From NCBI RefSeq assembly GCF_009834535.1, contig NC_045696.1:105216001-105280000 (forward strand): a stretch of 64,000 nt of DNA. The letters are read 5' to 3'. Below the pieces are notes generated by a model, which was not told the DNA's origin, did no database searches, and worked only from the letters and a program-made list of their open reading frames with translations. A program made the position numbers and the translations under genes. This document shows, piece after piece, positions 27,115-37,620 of the stretch (within the stretch, counting starts at the first letter, position 1; the number at the start of each line of letters is the position of its first letter). Origin of the DNA: Camelus ferus. Lineage: Eukaryota.

Positions 27115-27290
27115 ACCCACAGTTCTCCACTGGCACGTAAGAATCACCTGGGATGCTTGGGAAAAAATGAAAGTTCATAAGCCTCTCTGCCAGAGAGCAT
27201 GTCTGGGTGCAGCGTGGAATATGCATTTTTCACAGTAACATGAATGCAGACCTCACTTTGAGAAGGACCAGAAAAGTACTGATGTTAAAA
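27115..27290. mobile_element. MER5-like hAT MITE fragment
   Basis: AGAATCACCTGGGATGCTT...ATATGCATTTTT...CACTTTGAGAA motifs. Confidence 0.55.
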
Positions 27291-30200
27291 CATCGTCATC
27301 TCTCTCATTCCTCCCAATGTCGATCTTGGGGGAAATTCCAGTTGCAGGCTCCTTCTCCCAAAGCAGTTTTAGGAGCAGCCCCAGTGGTGGAAGTGGGCTA
27401 GTGGGCTGCTCTGGTCTCTTCCCTGATGTAAGGTCTGTTAACCTCAAGGGCAAAGTCCACAACCTCACCAGATGTGCTTAAAGAACAGGAAGATGGCATC
27501 CAGATTCCTACCTTGATCTCTTCCCATCCACTGAGCAATCGTTAGTCTTAACACGATTAATGCAAAAAGGCAGCTAAGCAATTTAAATTTTATCCATAAA
27601 ATTAAGCCCTAGGTTTCGCCACAGCATTTAACTCCATGACCTATTTCATTGAATCCCTTAGCAGATCTTGGACAGTTTCCTTGAGTGTAAATTACCATGA
27701 AGGTAAATTGAAAATGTATCAAGAAATGGGCAAGGATATTAGTGCAGAATCAAAAAGTCATCAAGCTTCAGTTGTTCTGAGGATTTTTTTAAAGTCTCTT
27801 TTCAATACAGTGAAAATGGAAAGAATTGATTTGATTAACAAGACTTACCTTTCACAGGTCACCGTCTGCCTTCTGCATGGTGGATGACTCAGTTTAGATG
27901 TCCTCTCCTCCAGAAAATCTACTCCACCCCTTCAGAGTCTCTGCGGGGCTCCCAGTGCACCTCAGCCCCACATTAGCCACCCCACAGTGACAGTCTGTCT
28001 CCCCAGGGTTAAACCCCCATGAGGGCAGGGCTGCCCCATATTTATTTCAGATTTACAGTGCTGGTGCGCCACCCAGCTTAAAGTGCCTGCCAAGCTGGCC
28101 CTTCTTGCCTTAAGAAGAGAAATGGTGTTTGTAGTGAAAACGAGAGAGAAGTATGGGGAAATTCAAATTCAGCTGATACTTCTAGCATGTTCTCCATCCA
28201 CGTGTTCGCCCTGAACTTGTCTCTGTCTCCTGCATTAGCTCATTTGATTCTGGTGAAGAGAATGGGGAAAGAGAGGCCAAGTGATTTGCCCCGGGTCGTA
28301 CAGCCCAGCAGCTACAGAGCTGTGTCTCAAGCTCAGGTGAGCCTCTGCCTGCTAATCCTCAAGTTCCTGCCCCTACAAAGCCTGTCTTGAGAGGACAGTT
28401 GAAGGGACTGATTACCCAGGACCAGTTATCCGTTACTCAGAAACAAGGCTGCTTTGCATAGATTCCACACGCAGAGGTTGCTGGGAGCAGCGATCCGGCA
28501 GCTTTACAGTCACCCCTTCAGCAGATTATACACCGAGCCAGAACTGCCCCTACTGCCTTTCTTCCTGTGTGATGTTCCTGCCGGATATAAGGCCCCAGCG
28601 AGTCGGTAACAAGTTTCTGAGGAGCCATGAGACCCTAGTATCTGGGAGTTCTGGTGAGTTCTTTTTAAAACCCACCTCCTCTGAAAGGACACTCATTCCG
28701 TTCAGCAGGCAGAGACGCAGTTACTGGGAGTTAAGTAATGGAAAACAGGGGCATGCAAAAGAAAGAGGTTCTGATACTCTGAAAGCACATTGGACCCCGA
28801 GGAGCCAGCCACCTCATTGGAGGCTTTGTCAGGGCTCAGACAGATTGAAGGCACTGCCAATGGACCAGCACCAAGTGCCTGAGGCTCTGGGAGATTGTAG
28901 AGAATGGGATGGGAGAGGGGGAAACCAAAAAGTCCTTTCTATCCAGGACCAGAGGGAAATTTAAACCCTATGAAATGTTGCCACTTTGTTGTTTACTCTG
29001 CCAAGTTTTTAAGAAATTGCACACAAAACCAGGCATTTGGATATGAAAGAAAGAGAAGCCTCAAGCTGACAAGCTCAGGCATTGAAAGACTCTGGAGACC
29101 AGAGAGGGCTTTGTGTTTTGAAAGAGTCTTTGCACAGAAAGAAGTGAGGGAAGTGGAGGGCAGACAGAAGAGGCGCACACTCCAAGGGAGGGCACTGAAG
29201 AGGGAGGGAAGGATGGTTGCACTTCTAGCAATGGCCACTAAGGTCCCAGCCGGCCCATGGTACTTCCAGAGGGCCGCCGCACTGCTGGGGTAATGGGAAC
29301 ACTGGATCCCTTCTTCCCACCGCTGCAGACTCCCTGGTCCAGGCCCATAGTGGACATCAAAATTGATGGGAGCTTCTGGCCAGTGGCGCACAGAGCAGAG
29401 CACTAAATAGGCAAGCTCAGAGCTAAGAGCAATCCTGCTGAAGAAACAAACAAACCACCACAACAAGAAGAAAGGAGCAAAAGTTGTTAAATAAGCTCGA
29501 GGGCTGATGGGAAAAATAGAGAAAAGGGGCCTAAATGGCCTCAAAACTTCAACCGCCTTAGCCAGGTCTTGTTTGCTAGGCTTAGGTTGGAGGCCCAGGC
29601 AATCACGCCAACTGCTTTTATAAAGCAGGTAGATCCGTTTAGTTGAGAGCGTGGTCTCTTTTTAATTTTTTCCCTTCAACCTGCTTATCATCCCTCCAGC
29701 TTCTTTTCCTTGTTTACTTGATTCCTAACAGCGCTTTTGCAACAATTGCTCCTGATATTTCTTAAAGGATTCCTGCCTGCCAGGGCCTGGTTCCCAGGGT
29801 GCTTTTCAGCAACAACAAAAGAAGGAAGAAAATGGACACTAGGGTCCATGAAGTGGGTTCAGGTGGGACTGAGCCTGTGCCCAGTGGACACCGAGCCTCT
29901 CCCAGCAAAAGCCCCAGAATTGGAGGTGGTCGCATTATCTAAACTTTTCTCAGCTGTTTCGACCACTGTAGTTTTGTTTTAAATATGTACAGTAATTCTT
30001 AATAGAACGCTGGTAAATGTGCCAAGGCATGCTCCGTGGAAATAATGAAGTCTTTACAGTTTGGAATTCTATTAAGTCCTTGCTTCATGGTTTGTGAGGC
30101 TGCTGGCATTTTGAGCAGCAGTAATATTTTACTGTAGCCCAGTCTTGCTGGGAGAGATGGTCTCGTCTGTCAGGTCAGCTCTGGAGGGTGCGGAATCTCT

Positions 30201-30307
30201 GTCATTCGCCCAAGGGATCTGATCTGGGGATACCCACAAACAAAGGTGGGGCTACTTAGCATTACCCTTCTAGGCCTGACTGGCTTAGGGGTTCCCAGGC
30301 TCAGTGT

Positions 30308-30385
30308 CAGAAAAAGTACAGGCAGACCCATGTTCAACAGAAAAAGTACAGGCAACAGAAAAAGTACAGGCAGACCCATGTTCAA
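30308..30385. repeat. Perfect 30-18-30 bp tandem duplication
   Basis: CAGAAAAAGTACAGGCAGACCCATGTTCAA (30308-30337), CAGAAAAAGTACAGGCAA (30338-30355), CAGAAAAAGTACAGGCAGACCCATGTTCAA (30356-30385). Confidence 0.95.
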
Positions 30386-30396
30386 ATAACAGTCCT

Positions 30397-30907
30397 CATG
30401 GAAACAACCAAAATGTCCATCAACAGATGACTGGATAGAGAAGTTGTGGTATATTTATACAATGGAATACTACTTAGCCATAAAAAATAGTAAAATAATG
30501 CCATTTGCTGCAACAGGGATGGGCCTGGAGATTGTTCTAAATGAAGTAAGCCAGAGAGAGAAAGAAAAATACCATATGATATCACTCATATGTGGAATCT
30601 AAAAAAAAGACAAGTGACCTTATTTACAAAACAGAAACTGACTCACAGACATAAAAACAAACTTATGGTTTCTAGCGGGGAAGGTACTGGGAAGGGATAA
30701 ATTGGGAGTTTTGAGATTTGCAGATACTAACTACTATATATATAAAATAAGTTTCTACTGTATAGCACAGGGAACTTTACTCAATATCTTATAGTAACCT
30801 ATAATGAAAAAGAATATGAAAACGAACATATGTATGTTCATGTGTTGACTGAACTATTTACACTGTACACCAGAAATTGACACAACATTGTAAACTGATG
30901 ATGCTTC

Positions 30908-30960
<53 letters not shown>
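30397..30960 (+). mobile_element. Young L1 3' end with (AAT)16 tail, inserted in a MIR
   Basis: ORF2 C-terminal and 3' UTR motifs; (AAT)16 at 30908-30955. TSD AAATAACAGTCCT (30384-30396) / AAATCACAGTCCT (30968-30980). Confidence 0.92.
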
Positions 30961-31039
30961 GATCCTGAAATCACAGTCCTGCCAGTTCCTGTTAGTAGAA
31001 CCGTGGGAAAAATCACATTACCTTTCTGAATCTCTGCTC

Positions 31040-31850
31040 CTGTTCTAGTTATTATTACTATTAACAAACCACCACAACCTTAGTGGTGTAAGTTGACATT
31101 TTGTGATGCTCAGAGTACCATGGGGATGACTTTTCTCTGCTCCAGGATATTTGTGAGCTCAGCTGGGAAGACTCAAAGACTGGGAGAACACAATGCCGTA
31201 AACTGACTATACTTCAATAAAAATATGTATATACAAAAAAATGCACACTACAGAAAACACTTTTGAAATATTTACAATTCATGTTGCATACTTTCTTTCT
31301 TTCACTTTGTCATACAGGCTAGAAATGCAGAATATCACCAAAATAATTTTATCTTTTGAAATGCCAAAGTTTCATTAACGTCATGGCAATGAATCTATGC
31401 GCAGTTTACTTATTTTGTTTATTATTAGTTTTATAATTAACAACAAAAAAAGACTGGGAGAGTGTGGACGGGGGGAGCAGGGATTGTCTGGAGACTTCTT
31501 CACTCACATGTCTGGCAGTTGATACTGGGTCCTGGTGGGGACTCAGATGGGACGTTGACATTGACTTTATTCATGTATTCACAGCTGAGCTGTGGGGACT
31601 CTCTGCGTAGGCTAGTTGGGGCTTTCACAGCCTGGTAGCTGGGTTCTAAGACCAAGTGTCCCCAGATCACAAGGTGGAAGTGGATGCACTTTAATGACCC
31701 AGCCTTGAAAGTCATACAGTCTCACTTTTGCCACAAGCAGAGGTGCCCGGCCAGGTCCTCCTCTCGATGGAAGACTGGCCAGGTCTAGAAGAGCACTCCG
31801 GCTGGGAGATAATGAGCTGACCATCTTTGGAAAATACAATCTGCCACAGT
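31040..31850 (-). mobile_element. MLT1 (H/I-like) LTR interrupted by a 261-bp insertion
   Basis: TTCACTCACATGTCTGGCAGTTGAT and terminal CATCTTTGGAAAATACAATCTGCCACA motifs. Confidence 0.75.
31188..31448 (+). mobile_element. Severely truncated L1 plus about 200 bp non-L1 sequence (candidate 3' transduction)
   Basis: Perfect 13-bp TSD AAAGACTGGGAGA (31175-31187 / 31449-31461). L1 terminus at 31188-31241, then unrelated sequence and a short A tail. Confidence 0.8.
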
Positions 31851-31959
31851 TCCCTCCCCTGCTGACCCACCAGCCCAGGGAGTCACAATGGCTGAGCACC
31901 AGCCCGGCGCCATGAAGTGTTCGCATGCTATCACATTCCTACCAGCATAAAGCATTTAA

Positions 31960-32240
31960 ATAACTCTGGGGTCCAGGAGAACACAAGGAGCAGTGGCTAC
32001 CTCGTGTACTCGCTCTCACAGGGGAGACACAGGCACAGTATGGGCACCAAGCAAGCAAGTTTTAAGTCTCTGATCACGTCGCATCTGCTAATATCCCATT
32101 TGGCCAAAGGAAGTCTCCAGCCAAGCCCAAAGCCAAGGGGCAGGGAAGTATGTTCTGCCCTAGGGAGGCTGCAGAGGTGTGGGTGTGCAATATCATAATG
32201 GCAGAGTGAGGAATTAAGACGAATAATTCAATCTACCACA
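31960..32240 (-). mobile_element. MLT1 (J/K-like) LTR fragment
   Basis: TGCTAATATCCCATTTGGCCAAAG...GGGGCAGGGAAGTA...AATCTACCACA. Confidence 0.65.
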
Positions 32241-33094
32241 GCCATTTTGGAGAACAAAGAAAATTGGATCAGGATATTGTGGCATTACAGCTAGTGTTTA
32301 ACAATATAATCTTGGATGCAAAATACCCATATAAAGTAGTAGGTTATCAAATTGCTACTAAAAGAATAATTCAACATGACCAGTAGCATGTATCCTAGTC
32401 TTCAAGGCCAGTATACCATAAAGATATCTATTAATATATCTCATTACTGAGACAATATATTTTTATGAAACCTAAATCATCATCTCAGTACACACTTAAA
32501 AGTCATTCAATAAAAGCCAGCACCTACTCAGGGATTTTTTTTAAAAGCTCTTAGTAAATTAGAATCTAGAAGGATAGTTACCTAGCACAATGCATGGTGG
32601 CACTCCCACAGAAGCAAGGAAATAGAAAAGTGTGCCTACTCACCACTGTTACTTTCTGATGGCATCAGTCATAAATAAGATATATGGTTATAGAAAGGAG
32701 ACTCAGTTTTCATTATTGCAGGTGGTGTTAGTGTAACCTTAGAAAATCCAGGAGTGGCATTTGAAACACTGTTAGAACTAATAAGCTCAGTAACATAGCC
32801 CAGATTCAAAATAAACAAAGTACAGAGTTTTCTATGTAACAGTTGCAATACAACATAATGAAAACGTGTGTGTGTGTGTAAAATAAACTATGAGGGAAAA
32901 AAAGATTCACTCACAAGAGCTCAGGACACCTGTTCTTGGGGCTAACGTGAACCAGAAAACGTGAGGGGCGCTGAAGGCAGAGGCTCTGCCCCCTGCTGAA
33001 AGATTTGACCAAGTGAAATATGACCAGCTCCTTGGGGGAATGGGCGTTCATTGATTGACTTTTCAGTGAACATGCCACTGGGTATGTTTCTTTC

Positions 33095-33423
33095 TCTTTT
33101 TTTTAATTAAAAAATATTTATTGAAGTATAGTTGATTTATAATGTGTTAGTTTCTGGTGCACAGCAAAGTGAATTTTATATATATATTCTTTTTCAGATA
33201 CTGTTCCATTATAGGTTTTTACAAGCTATTGAATATAGTTCCCTATGCTATGTAGGAGGCCCTTGTTGTTTATCTGTTTTATATTCAGTAGCATGTATCT
33301 GTTAATCCCAAAATTCTAATTTATCCCTCCTCCTCTTTCCCCTTTGGTAACTATAAGTTTGCTTTCTATGTGCGTGAGTTTATTTCTGGTTTGTAAATAA
33401 GTTCATTTGTACTGTTTTTTTAG
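33095..33423 (-). mobile_element. Young L1 3' end within decayed old L1 ORF2 sequence (about 32350-33750)
   Basis: TTGAAGTATAGTTGATTTATAATG...CCCTTTGGTAACTATAAGTTTG, homologous to 20006-20539. Confidence 0.88.
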
Positions 33424-34413
33424 CAATGGATATTTTCCTCTATTTGAGAACCAGTATCCCAGGTTTCTCATGGAAGACTAAACTGGTGCTCAGAAAGCTC
33501 TCTCAGACATTAAAATGTGATTTTTTTTTTAAAAAAGTGATTAAATGAGTGTAATAGTGACTCAGGACAGCACAACGATACATAAAGTCTAAGTGAAAAG
33601 ATAATATAAGACAAGGGAAAAACAAAATGTCAATGGTGGGGGGTACAAATTATTTAATTAAAGGAAACAGACAGTCACCTAAGTATTTGAAGAAAAAAAT
33701 CCATTTTTTCCTACCTTGTACATTTCAGTCAGTAAAATACTATAGGTAAAACTTAGAAGTGGCGAATATCCTGTCAATGGCTGTTTCCTTTGACCTGTAC
33801 CTTGAAATATTTCTAAGACGCAAAGAAAAATTACAATAAACCTAAATGTTGCCTTTATCCTTTAGCTGTGAACAAAATAATTAAACGAGGACCTACCCAG
33901 ACTCTGACAGGGCTGCCCACCCTTCCATACTGGACAGATGGACCTTTCTGGAGGCAATTGACTGGCTAGAGAGAAGTCAGGGGTCATCTGAGAAGGAACT
34001 ACACTTCCAAAGATGCCCCCAGCCTGCAGGTTTAGGCCACAGTGACCCTCCATTTGAGATAAAATTTTAAAATCTCTGGTTCTCGTGAGAGACAAGAGGA
34101 GAATGTGATAAAGCTAAGAGCAGCCTGTCGGGGGAAAGGAGCAGTCTGAGGACAGGGAAGGGCTTTTGGGATGAAAAATGTCGTCGCCACATTAGAGCTC
34201 AGTGGAGACAGGTGGCAGAGGCTATTTCTGGCAACTGAACAGAGAATCAGGACACCAGTCCAGACAATTCTCCCAGAGCACAAGAAAAAGGATATGGATA
34301 TGAAATGATATGGACAAGAATAAGGATATGAACATTATGAGACGAGACAGAGGATGGGTTCGAGAGGATACAGCAGAGGAGCAGCAGCAAAAAACAAATG
34401 ACAGAACAAAGTA

Positions 34414-34895
34414 CAGATGGCCCCTGACCTGTTAACATTTCTCTACTTGACGTTGATGTGAAAGAGATATGCATTCTGTAGACACTGGACTTCCAAGTTT
34501 GAACTTTGCTCTTTTCCGGGGCTAGCGGTATCCGTATGGTCCTCTCTTGTGATGCCAGCCCAGGGCAGCCAGCCGCAGCTCCCAGTCTGCCCACAGCCAC
34601 GAGGGTAACAACCCATACACTTACAACTGCTCTGTCTTTCACTTTCAGTACAGTATTCAATCAAGTACACAAACAAGTCAAAACTTTATTATAAAATAAA
34701 ATAAACGGGCTTTGTGTTATAGGATTTTCCCCAACTGTAGGCTAATGTAAGTGTTCTGAGCACATTTAAGGTCGTCTAGGCTAAGCTGTGATGTTCAGTA
34801 GTTTAGGCATATTAAATGCATTTTGGACTTAGCGTATTTTCAACTTTATGATGGGTTTGTATGGACTAGCCCTGTTGTAAGTCGAGGAAGATCTG
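34414..34895 (-). mobile_element. Tigger5/MER47-family element
   Basis: Reverse-complement homologue of 24822-25294. CAGAT...ATCTG termini with TA TSD on both sides. Confidence 0.88.
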
Positions 34896-35789
34896 TATCC
34901 CTGAGATGAAGACTTGAGGCTTCATGGATGTGGGGAATTTTATCTGGGCCAATACCTGGACCTAATTCCTAGCCACCAGACAGGAGTCAGTGAAGGTCCA
35001 TGATTTTGAGGAGAATCCTCTCCATATGTTTGCCAACAGACCCAACAGGCAAACATTTAACATACTTGTTTTCAAACAGTTCATACAGGTCAATAGATAA
35101 ACAAGCAACAAATCTGAGCAGGGGTTCACAAAGGAGAACTGTAAGTAATAAATAATAAAAATCACATGAGTAATTTAAGTGCAAAGTTTAAACCAAAAAA
35201 AAAAATTCCCTACAAATTGGCCCATGTTTTTAACTGAGCAGTCCCAGTACTGGCCAGTATGGGGTGAGATGAACCCTCTCAGGCTCTTGCTGGTGGTTCT
35301 CTCCCCTTCTTCAGAATTTCTGGAAAGAAGTTTAGCAAGATGTAACAAAAGCACCCAAAATGATAAAGCCAGTCGTTTTCCTTTCTAATAATTCATCTTA
35401 AAAATTCACCCAGATTTTGCAACCAAGACCTACAAAGATGGTCATAATTTATCGATTCTAGCACAAAAATTTTTTACTATTACAATGCTGCCATTGCAAA
35501 TGGTGTTTTCAGACTACTAATGGCCAAGACGAGTGCTTATGATATTGTCTAAACAAAGAAGATACAAAATTGAATTCATACTATGTGAAAAATAGAAGAA
35601 AAAGACAAAGAAATTTAATCAAAAATTAACCAAAATATAAACAGGATTAACCTCTTTGTTAATTTTCGATTCTTTACACTTTTCAGTATACTAAAGTATT
35701 TCTACCAAATGCATTAATTTTTAAATTTACTTTATATATTTATAGACATATATATAATAAAAGTTAAGTCACTATAAAGTTTATAGTAG

Positions 35790-37620
35790 TATTTGTTCCA
35801 TCCTTCGCCATGTCTGATTCTTGGTTCCCAGAGCAATCGCTTTTGACTTTTTTAGCTGTTTTCTGTGGTATTTGACTCCCTATTTCTAAATAATAAGCTT
35901 ATACTGTTACTTCTTGATTTTTCAGATTTAGGCATTATCTGCTGGCTTCCAGTTATGAAAGAGGAGAATTTAGCTGTCACACCTCCACCCTCACTCTCAC
36001 ACTTAGCCTCCACCACATGTTCCCAAACTGATTAGCTCACAACTTTGGGTTAAATTAATATTTATTGTTTACATTTATGTCTGTGTAAATAATATTAACA
36101 AAACCATGTGTTACATTAAGATTTCATTGCCTCTCACATAAACTTCGGTTTTTCCTAGAGCTAATAATTGCTTCATTTATTTGTTTCCTTAGGCTCCTTA
36201 GACCTACCACTAATTCAGTCCCAAATTTTCAAAAAAAAAAAAAAAAAACTGTAAAATCTTCGAAGTACAAGCAAACTCACAATAATCTGTTCCATTTTGC
36301 TTCTGCTCATATCCTTCCTGGAGTCCTCCAGCTCCTCTCTGGACGGCTAGCACCCTATGCCTGCTGCGCCACTGTCAGCTGGGATTTCCCATCACTGTTT
36401 GCCTGGTGATTTTTGCCTATTTCCTGATCTAGAATCCTTGTGTCTTGGATCCCATGCCTCCTGCTTGTTTTGGTTTACTCTCTTATTTAGGTGGAGTGCA
36501 TCCTGTAGCATCTTTCTGTGAAAGACTCCATGGGAGATAAATTTTCTGAGATCTTCCATATATGAACACAAGTTTACTCCACACTCCAATTCACAGGTCC
36601 ATAAACCACAGCCCATGATTCAGATCTGGTCCATAGCCTGTTTTCTTGCTTTCTGGGAGTTAAGAATGATATTTTTACACTTTAAAAGTGTTGTTTCAAA
36701 AAAAACAAAAGGGAATATGCGACAAAGACCATACACAACCCACAAAGCCTAAACTATTTAATATCTGTCCCTTAATAGAAAAAGTTTGCTGACCCCATCC
36801 TGATTGGTTGTTTGGAGAAATACAAAGTTCCATGCTGGAAATAATTTTCCTTTAATGTTTGGAGGGCCTGCTTCACCATCTTCTAGTTCCCCGAATTGGT
36901 GTCAGAAAAGCCAATGCTCTCCTGGTTCTGTGTATTCAATCTCTTATCTTCTCTCTGGGAACTTTTAAACCTGGGTGTCTGAAAAGTTATAATGGTTTGC
37001 AAGTGTGTGGACTTTCTTTTATTCAAAGTGCTAAGTACTCAGAGGGCCTCTGACTCTGAAGACTTATGTCCTTCTAGTCTGGAAAGATATTTGTATCATT
37101 TCTTTGATGTTTTCCTCCCTCTGTTCTCTCTTTCAGGGATGTCTGTGAGTTATTTTTGGGACCTCCCAGATCAGTCCTCTAAGTTTATCTTCTTTTTAGC
37201 GTATGATTGCCTCGAATGTATCTTCTGGATCTTCTCCTAACGTATTTTGCTGCTGCTCTCATCCAGCAGTGTTAGTTCCTTGAGGACAAGAGTCGGTCCA
37301 CTCTATCACTGCTGTGTTTCCCCAGTCCCCAGCACAGCCCCTCACATGTCATAGGCAACTGATGAATGTTGTCAAGTGAACAAGTTATCTTTCATTTTCC
37401 AAGAGCTTCATCCTGTTTTCCGATAGTTCCTTTATGGAACGTTCCAGTCATGTTTCATGGATAGGATATCATGTCTTACTTCCTGAAAATATTATCTGGA
37501 GATTTTTGAAGCTGCCTTTTGCTTTCTGCCTTGTCTGTGTGTCCTCCCAGTTCCTTTTCTCCTCCTGGCCATTTTGCTCTCTATCTTTCATGGTCAGCAC
37601 CTGTCTAAAACTGGTCTCTT
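35790..37620 (-). mobile_element. Ancient L1 5'/ORF1-region relic
   Basis: T-rich degenerate antisense ORF1-like sequence, interrupted by MER58 and an L2 tail (about 37265-37380). Approximate. Confidence 0.55.
36594..36797. mobile_element. MER58-family hAT MITE
   Basis: CCCACAAAGCCTAAACTATTTAATATCTGTCCCTTAATAGAAAAAGTTTGCTGACCCC terminus. Confidence 0.85.

Noticed and set aside
28993..29544. 183-aa hydrophobic minus-strand ORF
   Set aside because: Composition reflects a purine-rich + strand; non-ATG start and no recognisable family.
30308..30385. CRISPR-like direct repeats
   Set aside because: Adjacent copies with no unique spacers, eukaryotic context, no cas genes.
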